Positions 42,412 through 51,306 of a stretch of 64,000 bases of DNA are shown in pieces. The stretch's first letter is position 1. Each line of letters starts with the position of its first letter. A model generated the notes under the pieces. That model ran no database searches, was not told the origin of the DNA, and saw only the letters and a list, made by a program, of their open reading frames with translations. Origin of the DNA: an uncultured Anaerolineales bacterium (lineage in GTDB: Bacteria; Chloroflexota; Anaerolineae; B4-G1; SLSP01); contig CAZTEO010000002.1 in NCBI GenBank assembly GCA_964612845.1, positions 1,690 through 65,689 of the forward strand. The letters run 5' to 3'. Both the position numbers and the translations under genes were made by a program.

Positions 42412-44922
42412 TTAGGATGATCTGGGGACGATATGGATGCGTGCGTCGCGCTCTCGGCCCCGCGCGCCAAAGGACCGCAGGTAACCTAGTAAATCGAACT
42501 TGGGACCGATCTCCAACTGTCCCACAAACTGCTCCCCCGCTACGTGGTACTGTCCGCTAAAGAGCCAGCGCTTCTTCAGCGCCTTCTCCGGCAGGACGAA
42601 GTGGTAGGTTTCTCCCTCGCGTCGCACGTTGTTTGCCACGTACTGCTCCTGCAGATAGCGGCGCAAGCGCGGACCGGCGTTGGGAAAGTGTGCCACCGGC
42701 AGTGTCAGCCGCAGGTCTGCCCGCGCAAACTCGCCAGGCACGAAATTCTCCTCGATCTCCAGAAGGCGGGTGCCGTGCGCGTCGGCGTCCGGTGGCGCGG
42801 CGAGCTCCCAGAGCAACTCGTCGACGTCCCAGGCTTCCAGCGCGAAGATCAGTTCGCCAGATGGTACGGGGAACTGATCCCGCAGCGTGTGGTGGGTGAA
42901 GAGCGCTTCCCGCACGCTGAGCAGGTTCGGCGCCAGCGCCGGGTACGCTTGCAGCAGGTAGCGGAAGACCCAGGCGTTGAGCCACGCCGGATCGGTGTGA
43001 GCGGCGACGGCGGGCACGCGCACGCGCGCGTAGACCGGGCTTAGGCGCCATTTGGTCCGCATCAGAGTGGGGAGTTGCTGTGTGTAGCTGGCTTGCTGCG
43101 GCGCGCGCATGGTGTGCGTGACGATGGCCTTCCGCTGCTCCGGCGAAAAGCAGGCATCGCAGCCCAGGCATGTGCCGGTCGCACCGTCGCGTCCCAGGCA
43201 GTAGCCGCGATCTACCCCGGCTTTGGCCTGCTGGTACGCCTCGTAGAGAAAGCCCTCGCGCACGCCGCCCCTGATGAAATCCAGTGGAAAGGCGTAGTCC
43301 GGGCCTTTTTCGCCCAGGAACACCGCGCTCCAGTGCCCGTGCGTCTGCATCCACGCCCGCAGCGCGTCCCAGTAGGTCGGATCGAGCCGGGTGTCGTAGC
43401 AGTAGCCCTGCTCCGCCAACGCGATGAGCGGTTGGTGCAGCCAGTGCCCACCCAGCGCCAGCACCTGTGACACAGCGTAGTCGGCCCAGGGCGTCGCGAG
43501 GCGGAACTCGACGCCCTGCGTCTCGCAGGCTGCTTTGACCGGGCCGACGATGGACGCCCACTCGTCCTCTTCAAGACAGAGCCGGTCGTGGCGCAGCGGC
43601 GTGAAGGGCATGCGTACCAGCCGCCCGGCGCTGACCACGATGCGCACGCCGGGATTGAGGCGGCTTCGCAGGTCGCGCAGCGCACTGATGAAGGCGTGGA
43701 ACTCGGTGAGGTCGGCCCCGGTCTCGTGCCCGGTGAGGATGTAGAAGAGTTTGAGCTCGCGGATCTTCTGGCGGAGCAGACGCTCCAGCACGCCCATGAT
43801 GGTCTTAGTCTCCAGGCTCTTCTGGAGGAAGGCGCGGAGGCGCGTGCTGATACCCTCGATGCCCAGGGTGAAGCTGCGCTTATCGGCGGCGACCTCGGCC
43901 TTGATCAGCCCCGGCGTGGTGTAGAGAAAGTCGATGCGCTGGCTCTTGACGCTGACACGGTCGAAGAGCCGGTTCAGGTCAAAGAGCAGGGTCAGAATGT
44001 CGGCGTGCGTGTTGAAGTTGAAGCTGTAGAGTTCCAGCACCTCGGGGCCGTGCGCGCGCTTGAGCCGCTGCGCCGTCGCTAGCACGTCTTCTAGCGGGAG
44101 TTCGCGGTAGGGCTTGCGGTCGTAGCCCTCGAAGCAGAAGGAGCAGAAGGCTGGACAGCCGTAGTTGATCTGCAGGCGCGCCGTGCCGGCCTGCTCGCCG
44201 TTAAGCAGCGGATAGTCGGTGAGCAGGTCGTTGGCGCGAGGCGCGGGGCAGATGGCTTTGGTGACGCGCTGCTCGGTGTCACGGTTCGCGAGCCAAAGAC
44301 CAGTCACGCTCGCGGCAGCTTGGTCGAGTCGATCCGCTTTTCTTTGTGAACCATGGTCGAGTAGCGTGCGGATCAGCGCCCCAACTTCACCCTCGCCCTC
44401 ACCAAAAAATAAAGCATCCACAAAACTATCACCCGTCGGCGTGACCAAAGCCTGGCTTGCCAGAGCGTTGGAGCCGCCCAGCACGATGATGGGCCACGTC
44501 TCGTCGCGCTGGCTCGCCATCAGCGGGATGTCGGAGTGCAGGAAGAGGTACGGTAGGTTGATGAGTTCTAGGGTGTAGGCGTTGGAGATAAGGACGAGGT
44601 CAAAGTCGCGGGCAGCGTGCAGCGACTGAACACCTACGAGGAAGGGCACGCCGGCCTCGGCGAAGCGGGCGCGGTCGTGCTCCGGCGGGAAGAAGGCGAA
44701 ATCGACGTAGGCCTCAGGCAGCGCGCGACGGGCGGCCTGGTAGAGGAAGAGGTGCGGCGTAGAACGATCCACGTCGCGGTAGGGCGAGAGACGCACGATG
44801 AGGACGCGCGCGGTCGCGGCGTCGAAATCCGGGTTGCGGAACGTCGGATTCTCGCGCGGCACGTAGGCTTCGGCGCTCTGGAACTGGGACCAGCTCTTTT
44901 CAAAGAAATCTCGGTAGGACAT
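42412..44922 (-). CDS. B12-binding-domain radical SAM protein fused to a DUF2344-like C-terminal domain (TIGR03960/TIGR03936-type)
   Basis: Radical SAM cluster motif NYGCPAFCSFCFEGY (CxxxCxxC). N-terminal Rossmann-like region. 836 aa with a long C-terminal extension. Confidence 0.8.
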   Translation of the reverse strand: MSYRDFFEKSWSQFQSAEAYVPRENPTFRNPDFDAATARVLIVRLSPYRDVDRSTPHLFLYQAARRALPEAYVDFAFFPPEHDRARFAEAGVPFLVGVQSLHAARDFDLVLISNAYTLELINLPYLFLHSDIPLMASQRDETWPIIVLGGSNALASQALVTPTGDSFVDALFFGEGEGEVGALIRTLLDHGSQRKADRLDQAAASVTGLWLANRDTEQRVTKAICPAPRANDLLTDYPLLNGEQAGTARLQINYGCPAFCSFCFEGYDRKPYRELPLEDVLATAQRLKRAHGPEVLELYSFNFNTHADILTLLFDLNRLFDRVSVKSQRIDFLYTTPGLIKAEVAADKRSFTLGIEGISTRLRAFLQKSLETKTIMGVLERLLRQKIRELKLFYILTGHETGADLTEFHAFISALRDLRSRLNPGVRIVVSAGRLVRMPFTPLRHDRLCLEEDEWASIVGPVKAACETQGVEFRLATPWADYAVSQVLALGGHWLHQPLIALAEQGYCYDTRLDPTYWDALRAWMQTHGHWSAVFLGEKGPDYAFPLDFIRGGVREGFLYEAYQQAKAGVDRGYCLGRDGATGTCLGCDACFSPEQRKAIVTHTMRAPQQASYTQQLPTLMRTKWRLSPVYARVRVPAVAAHTDPAWLNAWVFRYLLQAYPALAPNLLSVREALFTHHTLRDQFPVPSGELIFALEAWDVDELLWELAAPPDADAHGTRLLEIEENFVPGEFARADLRLTLPVAHFPNAGPRLRRYLQEQYVANNVRREGETYHFVLPEKALKKRWLFSGQYHVAGEQFVGQLEIGPKFDLLGYLRSFGARGRERDARIHIVPRSS

Positions 44923-45063
44923 GAGGCAATGATAAAGGGCAAATGGGAAATGACAAATGGGAGACGTGAAGGGGTTAATGCGTCACGTTTCACGTTTTAC
45001 GTTTCGGCCTGTCTTGGACTATAATAGAGCGGATGGATGACAGCGCTATCATAGGAGGACCAC

Positions 45064-45768
45064 GTGACACAAGGCGATATTATCGGGTTGGTGCTTTCGT
45101 ACGTCTACGCCTTCGGACTGCTTTTTGGCGTGGAAGCCATCGGCAAGGGGCTGAAGTGGCGGCAGGAGGTGACGCGCAAGATCGTGCACATCGGCGCGGG
45201 CATGTGGATCTGGGGCATTCTCTATTTCTTCGATCAGAAGATCTACGGGGTGATTCCCTTCGCCACGTTTATCGTGCTGAACTACGTCTTCTACCGCGTT
45301 CAGGCCTTCAAGGCCATGGATACGACGGAGTCGACGCTGGGCACGGTTTACTTTGCGATTTCGATTACGGTGCTCTTCGTCTGGCTCTGGCGGACGGATG
45401 GCTCGCTGGATCAGGTGCCGCTGGCGGCGGCGGGTGTCATGGCGATGACCTGGGGCGACGCGCTGGCGAGTCTGATCGGGCTGCGCTGGGGCAATCACCA
45501 GCACACCAGTTTTGGGCATCACCGCTCGTGGGAAGGCACGGCAGCCATGGCCGTTGTCTCGCTGCTCGCCATCGGCCTGACGTTGACGCTGCTGCCGAAC
45601 TCGGCGCTTAGCCCCAACAGCGTCCCGGCGTCGCCCTTCTGGGCAGTGACGTTGGCGGGCGCGCTGGTGGCAACGGTTGCGGAAGCGGTCTCCCCGGCGG
45701 GCACAGACAACCTCTCGGTGCCGCTGCTCTCGACGCTGGCGATGTGGCTGGTCGACAGTGTGCTCTAG
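45064..45768 (+). CDS. phytol/dolichol kinase family (CTP-dependent polyprenol kinase, VTE5-like) membrane protein
   Basis: GTG start after AGGAGG. RKIVHIGAGMW and GDALASLIGLRWG...RSWEGTAAMAVVS are the cytidylyltransferase-family kinase patterns. About 6 TM helices. Confidence 0.7.
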   Translation: MTQGDIIGLVLSYVYAFGLLFGVEAIGKGLKWRQEVTRKIVHIGAGMWIWGILYFFDQKIYGVIPFATFIVLNYVFYRVQAFKAMDTTESTLGTVYFAISITVLFVWLWRTDGSLDQVPLAAAGVMAMTWGDALASLIGLRWGNHQHTSFGHHRSWEGTAAMAVVSLLAIGLTLTLLPNSALSPNSVPASPFWAVTLAGALVATVAEAVSPAGTDNLSVPLLSTLAMWLVDSVL

Positions 45769-45777
45769 GGGGACCGC

Positions 45778-46635
45778 ATGAGCTTGGGCATCCAACTGGG
45801 CATCGGACTGGTCGTTAGCGCCGTCATCGGCGCGGGCGGGTACGCCAAGGACGCGCTGACGCGCAGCGGCGTGGTCGGCGCGATGCTGGTCGGCACAGCC
45901 ATCTTCGGCTTCGGTGGCTGGGTCTGGGGCATGGTGCTGATCACGTTCTTCGTGCTCTCCAGCGCGCTCTCGTATTACAAAGCCTCGCTCAAGGAGACGC
46001 TCTCGGAGAAGTTTGCCAAAGGCTCGCGGCGGGATTTGGGCCAGACGTTGGCCAACGGCGGGCTGGGCGCGCTTATCGCGCTGCTGGCCTGGGGCGCACA
46101 AGATGCGACATTGTTAGCTGCTTTCGTGGGTGCTATGGCGACAGTCAACGCCGATACGTGGGCCACGGAGTTGGGCGTACTGAGCCAGCGTCCTCCGCGC
46201 CTGATCACCTCAGGCAAGGTGGTCGAGCCGGGCACGTCGGGCGGCGTCTCGCGGCTGGGCACGCTGGCGACGCTGGCAGGCGGCGCGAGCATCGGCTTGG
46301 CGACGGCGCTCTTCCTGGGGATCGATGGGGCGTTGGGCGGCGCGGGCTTTGCGCGCATCGCAGCAACGGCCTGGAACGGCGCGTTGGGGTTGTCCCTCGC
46401 GGCGACCGTCGGTGGGCTGGCAGGCTCGCTACTCGACAGCCTGTTGGGCGCAACAGTGCAGGCCATCTATTATTCCCACGGTCGCACCAAGGAGACGGAG
46501 AAGCCCATCGACCCGGACGGCACGCCCAACGAGCACGTGCGCGGCTGGGCCTGGCTGACCAACGACTGGGTGAATTTCATCAGCTCGGGGCTTGGTGCGC
46601 TGGTCGCGATGGGGGTGAGTCGGATAGCCGGATAG
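45778..46635 (+). CDS. DUF92 / TMEM19 family membrane protein (VTE6-like, candidate polyprenyl-phosphate kinase)
   Basis: Polytopic. GTSGGVSRLGTLATLAGGASIG and GSLLDSLLGATVQ resemble conserved DUF92 blocks. Starts 10 nt after the VTE5-like gene. Confidence 0.7.
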   Translation: MSLGIQLGIGLVVSAVIGAGGYAKDALTRSGVVGAMLVGTAIFGFGGWVWGMVLITFFVLSSALSYYKASLKETLSEKFAKGSRRDLGQTLANGGLGALIALLAWGAQDATLLAAFVGAMATVNADTWATELGVLSQRPPRLITSGKVVEPGTSGGVSRLGTLATLAGGASIGLATALFLGIDGALGGAGFARIAATAWNGALGLSLAATVGGLAGSLLDSLLGATVQAIYYSHGRTKETEKPIDPDGTPNEHVRGWAWLTNDWVNFISSGLGALVAMGVSRIAG

Positions 46636-46684
46636 TCAGACGTTTCAGCTTTTTCGGCAGTTTAATCCATCGAGTAGCATTGTG

Positions 46685-47137
46685 ATGAAAAATCTTGTTC
46701 GCCTTTTGATTGTTCCCTGGTACCTGGTGGGATGGGTGTTGCACGTCTATTTGGGATTGATCAACCCCGAGATCTACCGCCCTTTTGGACAAACCGCCCT
46801 CATTCCCGGATTCACGCCATTCTGGAATACCGTCCTTATGCCCAGAATCACGATGCTCGCCCTGGCGTTGGCAGTTTTTGAAATCACTGTCGGCGTGTTG
46901 TTAATCAACAAGGGGAGATGGGTCAAGGTCGGCCTTGGATTGAGCATCGCCTTCAACGGATTCCTGGTGCAATTGGGGCTTTCCTATCCAGCATCGGATG
47001 GTGTATCGAGTTTTCTGATCAATCGCGCGCCCAATCTGCTCTTCATTGCTCTGCAAATCCCCTTGTTCTGGAGCACGTTCAACCGTTCGCTGCCCGAAGT
47101 CGTTCGCAACTGGCTACGTCGTTCCGCCGGCGGTTGA
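46685..47137 (+). CDS. small polytopic membrane protein, unknown family
   Basis: Four hydrophobic helices. ATG 46685 (track start GTG 46682). No motif recognised. Confidence 0.4.
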   Translation: MKNLVRLLIVPWYLVGWVLHVYLGLINPEIYRPFGQTALIPGFTPFWNTVLMPRITMLALALAVFEITVGVLLINKGRWVKVGLGLSIAFNGFLVQLGLSYPASDGVSSFLINRAPNLLFIALQIPLFWSTFNRSLPEVVRNWLRRSAGG

Positions 47138-47207
47138 CGACGGTCATTCATCCGGTACATCCGTTCAATCTGTTGATACGAACCCGGTCCCCCGTCAGTT
47201 TCGCCGA

Positions 47208-48365
47208 TTAATCCGAGACCGCAATCAGCGGCAGGTAGAGCTGTGTGAAATTGGTAGGGCGCGGGCGCTTCTCCAGCGCCGCCAGTGCGTCGTAGGCCTC
47301 CGTCGGCTCGCCATCGGCTGATGTCGCGTCGTAACGGCGCAGCGCGAAGAACTGACTGGCTTCACAGAGCACGGGATAGTAGAAGTCATGCCAGTCCAGG
47401 TTCCAGACGAACATGCCTTCCAGCCAGGGCCAGTGCCGGTCGGCATAGTCGAAGGCGCGCACTAGATAGTCGGCCTGCGTCGTCTCGGAGACGGCGTGCC
47501 AGCCAAAGGCCGACCAGAACGCTTCATCCTCGGTACAGGTCGCGCGTCCGTCCTCCGCCGGGTGGCGCAGCCAGTTGAACTCCGTAGCCCAGATGGGCAG
47601 GTGGCTCAGGCCATGGTCGACCAAAATCTCTCGCACCAGCTCGACGCCGCGAAAGGCGAAGCCATTGGAGACCGCAGTGGGGTCCTGCTCCGGCGCATAG
47701 GCGAAGCCGTAGGGATGATAGCCGAAGGCGTCCATGCAGCCAGCAGCGCCTTCCGCCAACATCGCCTGGAGGAAAAGCTGCTCGTCCATGGCGTCGCAGT
47801 TGTTGCCTGCCCAATCCTCACAGGTACCGGGGATCCGTCCCGTCGGAGCGAGCCCTCCGCTGACCACCAGCGCGTCGGGATTGTGGGCCTTGATCGCTTC
47901 GTGGGCTGCGCAGAGCATTTCTGTGAAGCGCGCCGGATCGGGTGTCTGGCCCCAGCCGTAGGCGCGCAGATTCGGCTCGTTGCAGATCTCGAAAGCTTCC
48001 ACGGTGCCGACGCTGGTGGTCACCATCTCGGTGACGTGGGCGCGCCAGGCGTCGAGGTCGTCAACGTAAGGGCCGCAGTGCAGGCCAAAGAGCACCGCTT
48101 GCGGCAGCCGTCGCTCGGGCAGTCCGCTGTACGTCTCCCAGAGTTTGACCCACTCCAGGCCCAGCGGCTCGATCAGCGGCAACCGGTCGAGATCGCGGAC
48201 GTTGATGCCGTACCGTAGATGCGGTGTGGGATAGGTCGGCGTGACGAGCGAGGCGTCCAGCGGGGCCGCCTGGACGAAGCGGGAGGTGGGCGCGCCAAAG
48301 AGACCTACTTGGAGCAGCGCGGTCAGCGCAACAGTGAGCAGCGCCACCCAGGGGAGACGCTGCAT
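47208..48365 (-). CDS. secreted glycoside hydrolase, clan GH-A (TIM barrel) type
   Basis: Start set to ATG 48365. Signal peptide MQRLPWVALLTVALTALLQVGLFGAPTSRFVQA. Acid/base-like FEICNEPN and nucleophile-like IWATEFNW. Confidence 0.6.
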   Translation of the reverse strand: MQRLPWVALLTVALTALLQVGLFGAPTSRFVQAAPLDASLVTPTYPTPHLRYGINVRDLDRLPLIEPLGLEWVKLWETYSGLPERRLPQAVLFGLHCGPYVDDLDAWRAHVTEMVTTSVGTVEAFEICNEPNLRAYGWGQTPDPARFTEMLCAAHEAIKAHNPDALVVSGGLAPTGRIPGTCEDWAGNNCDAMDEQLFLQAMLAEGAAGCMDAFGYHPYGFAYAPEQDPTAVSNGFAFRGVELVREILVDHGLSHLPIWATEFNWLRHPAEDGRATCTEDEAFWSAFGWHAVSETTQADYLVRAFDYADRHWPWLEGMFVWNLDWHDFYYPVLCEASQFFALRRYDATSADGEPTEAYDALAALEKRPRPTNFTQLYLPLIAVSD

Positions 48366-48408
48366 GGGAACCTTCGACGTGCCGTTCAAGCGATGGGCGA
48401 CTCTTCGT

Positions 48409-49272
48409 CTACGGAATCTTGGGGTACTCCGCCAAGGGCGCATAGGCCGCGCCCACCAAGCCGGGGCCAGTATGCGCGCCTAGCACCGGCGCGATGGAGC
48501 CCACCGGCAGCCAGGTGCAATCGAAGCGCGCGTCGATCAGGTTGTGGAGCGTCGTCGCGTCTTTTGGATTGTTGGCGTGCATCACTTGGACTCTCAGCTC
48601 TACACCCTCTCCAACGTCTTCAGCCATGATGTCAACGAGCTTGCGAATGGCCCGTTTGAGCGTGCGTTGCTGTCCGCGTTGATAATAACGCCCGTCCTCT
48701 TTGCTTACTCCGATGATGGGCTTGATGTTCAGGACGGACGCGAGCAGGCCTTTGATGTGACTGATCCGTCCGCCATGGATGAGATATTTGAGGTCCGGTA
48801 ACGTGTAAAGGGTTTCTGTCTGCTCTCGCACCTTTTCCAGCGTGGAGAGGATCCGTTCCAGAGGCCAACCGGCTTGGGTCGCGTGAGCGGCGGCTTCTAC
48901 CTGCCAACCTTCGGCGCCAGAGAGGGTCATGGTATCAAAGAATGCAATGTTCGCTTCTGAAACCATGCGCGCGCCCTGCTGGGCTGAGTTCAACGTGCTG
49001 CTCAGGCCGGAGGAGATATGGACGGATAGAATGTCTGGGTCGTTCTTTGCCAGATCACGATAGAGGTTGGCGAAGTCGCCTGGGGATGGTAGGGAGGTCG
49101 TCGGCATACCCTTGGCTTCGCGCAATAGCTGGTAAAACTCATTAGGCTGGATGTCCACTCCGCTTACGTACGTCACACCATCCAATTGAATTGTCAACGG
49201 CGCCAGGTGAATATCTAATCCTGCCATCTGCTCTGCTGAAAGATCCATCCCGCGATCGCTTACTACTTGCAT
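48409..49272 (-). CDS. DegV family fatty-acid-binding protein
   Basis: Start at ATG 49272 (AAGGAGGGGG upstream). MQVVSDRGMDL...TTSLPSPGDF...ILSVHISSGLSSTLNSA is the DegV pattern. Confidence 0.85.
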   Translation of the reverse strand: MQVVSDRGMDLSAEQMAGLDIHLAPLTIQLDGVTYVSGVDIQPNEFYQLLREAKGMPTTSLPSPGDFANLYRDLAKNDPDILSVHISSGLSSTLNSAQQGARMVSEANIAFFDTMTLSGAEGWQVEAAAHATQAGWPLERILSTLEKVREQTETLYTLPDLKYLIHGGRISHIKGLLASVLNIKPIIGVSKEDGRYYQRGQQRTLKRAIRKLVDIMAEDVGEGVELRVQVMHANNPKDATTLHNLIDARFDCTWLPVGSIAPVLGAHTGPGLVGAAYAPLAEYPKIP

Positions 49273-49349
49273 ATCCCCCTCCTTACAAACAAAAACTGTA
49301 GCGTTGCGCTTTCGGCGACATCTGTCCACTGGTGTTTCGGTCTATAAAA

Positions 49350-50405
49350 TCAGTCATCCATCCCTTGTGATTTTTCGCTGACCTCCTCCGTATCTGCGAT
49401 TTTTGCTGGCAGAGACACCTCAATAGCGACTTTGCCTGGGGAGATGAGGTTGGTGCTCATGGTGCCCCCTAACTCGCTGCAGAGTTGTGGGGCAGCGGCG
49501 AATTGCGGCGCTTTCTTCACGGTCTCCATATCGATTTCAGATGGCAGGCCAGCGCCGCTTATATGGAACACAACTTGGTCGTTAGACTCCGTGCGCTGTC
49601 GTTCGACTGCCAATTTTATCTGCCCGTTCTCGGCGAAGTCTCCTAAGGTCAACAGGATCGCAAGCAATAGCCACCGTAGTTGAGAAAACGGGGCGGCTAG
49701 CTGTCCCAAGTCTCCGTTGAAAGTTATGTCTAGCTGATGGCCCTCTGCTGCTAACGGGGGTTGGGCGGCTTTGGTGACCGCATCCATCAGCGCGCTGACG
49801 TTTGTGATATCGGAAGTGGGAGGTTGGTTTATAGCGTCCTGCTCCAATGTGCCTATCACATTGTCAATCATCTCCAATAGATGTTGGCTGCTTTCAAAAA
49901 TGGTGGTCAGATCTTCCCGTTGAAGATCGTTGATTTGACCGTCAATACCATTTAAGATGACCTTGGAAAATCCCGTGATGGAGTTGAGAGGGGTTTTGAG
50001 ATCATGTCGTATGCGGCGCAGTGTCGGCTGATCCCACATAAACTCGACCGTAGATCTTGCGGTGTAGAGTCCTAAGGCTAATTCTCCAACCAACCGGCTT
50101 AGTTTTTGTAGCGTTACGGGACGGTCTACCTTTGGAAGCAGATGATCGGTCTCTGCCAGCCATGCCGCCTGAAGGTCCGCAATGGAGTCCAGAGGACAGT
50201 CGGTCGTCTGGAAGAGTTGCTCGCCCAGTTGCCGTGCGGCCTCGTAATTTTCCCTGTCCGACGTGGCAAGGTGCATGGCTTTTTCTGCAATAGCATGTAC
50301 TTTGTCCTTTGTGGCGTCAGTCAAGGTTTGCGGGCTGGTTTCTGACACTATTTGCCACCAGCGCTCGGTCAGTTCCTTCGATCTTGAAATGTCTTCTACT
50401 TCCAC
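49350..50405 (-). CDS. cytoplasmic histidine-kinase-like protein with an intact H box but a degenerate ATP-binding domain
   Basis: H box RRIRHDLKTPLNSITGF. In the C-terminal domain the N-box position reads LLAILLTLGDFAENG and the G1 position reads FHISGAGLP. No GxGLGL box was seen. Confidence 0.55.
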   Translation of the reverse strand: MEVEDISRSKELTERWWQIVSETSPQTLTDATKDKVHAIAEKAMHLATSDRENYEAARQLGEQLFQTTDCPLDSIADLQAAWLAETDHLLPKVDRPVTLQKLSRLVGELALGLYTARSTVEFMWDQPTLRRIRHDLKTPLNSITGFSKVILNGIDGQINDLQREDLTTIFESSQHLLEMIDNVIGTLEQDAINQPPTSDITNVSALMDAVTKAAQPPLAAEGHQLDITFNGDLGQLAAPFSQLRWLLLAILLTLGDFAENGQIKLAVERQRTESNDQVVFHISGAGLPSEIDMETVKKAPQFAAAPQLCSELGGTMSTNLISPGKVAIEVSLPAKIADTEEVSEKSQGMDD

Positions 50406-50714
50406 GGGTTCCTCTCTATTTATGTTTGGTATCCTTGAGTGTACGTGCCTTAGTCCAACGTGTGGGAGATGACTGTGTTCACGTTGTCTGGTATTTCAAG
50501 GTGCAGACTGGCTTGTTAATAGTGTGCTTACCAGATGTCTATTCCATTATCTACTAGATTTGGAAAGTGCCAACTCAAAAATCAGTCACAAGTTAATCTG
50601 AAGCTACTCTGCGTTGCTTTCTGGGATAATACGTGCTCTGAGATAAAAGAGGTTTGCTATGTGAAGGCTTGCTGCAAACTAGGGTTCAGGGCTTGAACAG
50701 GCCCTTGAGCGTCA

Positions 50715-50747
50715 CAAAAAAGAGCCGCTCAATAACTGAGCGGCTCT
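50715..50747 (-). terminator. rho-independent terminator of the cold-shock gene
   Basis: Minus strand: AGAGCCGCTCA gttatt TGAGCGGCTCT followed by TTTTTTG (plus-strand stem 50721-50747, A-run 50715-50720). Confidence 0.8.
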
Positions 50748-50767
50748 TACTATAAAGGTTTGCCGGT

Positions 50768-51022
50768 TTACCAGAAGCTTGTGCGTGTATCACTCGCTTG
50801 TGAGGTACCGCCACCAACGATTGTCACGTCTGCGGCCTGGAGGCCCTTGGGCGTTTCCTCAATGCTGAATTCTACGCGCTGACCCTCTTCCAAGGTTCGG
50901 AAACCATCCGCTTTAATCGCGGAGTAGTGGACGAAGACATCTTCGCCCTCTTCGCGAGAGATGAAGCCGTAACCCTTAGAAGCATTAAACCATTTGACTG
51001 TACCAGTTTCTCGTTCGCTCAT
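50768..51022 (-). CDS. csp: cold-shock protein (CspA family) with a short C-terminal extension
   Basis: Start at ATG 51022. [15 protein letters not shown] (RNP1) and VFVHYSAI (RNP2). Extra tail [16 protein letters not shown]. Confidence 0.9.
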   Translation of the reverse strand: MSERETGTVKWFNASKGYGFISREEGEDVFVHYSAIKADGFRTLEEGQRVEFSIEETPKGLQAADVTIVGGGTSQASDTRTSFW

Positions 51023-51161
51023 GTGTTTCTTCACTTCCTTTTCGCACTTCTGTGCAAATAAAACTAACACGTGGGTCCGAAGGCAAAACAAAAGCACCTG
51101 CGAGTGGAAAGCCAGGTGCTAATGCCCAGACTTCATATCCCACCTCATCCAACACATACTT

Positions 51162-51190
51162 ATTTTAACGCATTCATGAAAAAGTGTCAA
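51162..51190 (-). promoter_or_regulatory. strong sigma-70-type promoter TTGACA-17-TAAAAT for the cold-shock gene, giving a 5' UTR of about 130 nt
   Basis: Minus strand: TTGACA (51190-51185), 17-nt spacer, TAAAAT (51167-51162). Long csp leaders are typical. Confidence 0.6.
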
Positions 51191-51306
51191 GTTTTTTCTA
51201 TGAGTTGCTTTGGTAACGAACTGTAATTTTAAGGTAACGTGTAGAACGGCGTTTTATAGCCTGCAGAGGGCAGAGCTGGTTTCTTGATGAGCAGCCATGC
51301 CACTTC

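Noticed and set aside
42557-43561. 334-aa alternative-frame ORF, and several 130-170-aa ORFs, inside the radical SAM gene
   Set aside because: The 836-aa frame carries the CxxxCxxC cluster motif and a continuous family-like sequence. The alternative frames are Arg/Ala/Gly-rich, as expected from GC-rich DNA.
45049-46101. 350-aa minus-strand ORF across the VTE5-like and DUF92 genes
   Set aside because: It spans the intergenic gap of two well-supported plus-strand membrane protein genes. The product is Arg/Asp/His-rich, non-hydrophobic and without motifs.
50510-50519. Possible fourth copy of the dispersed repeat (GGCTTGTTAA)
   Set aside because: Only a 10-mer matches the element start, and the flanking sequence does not align with the three copies.
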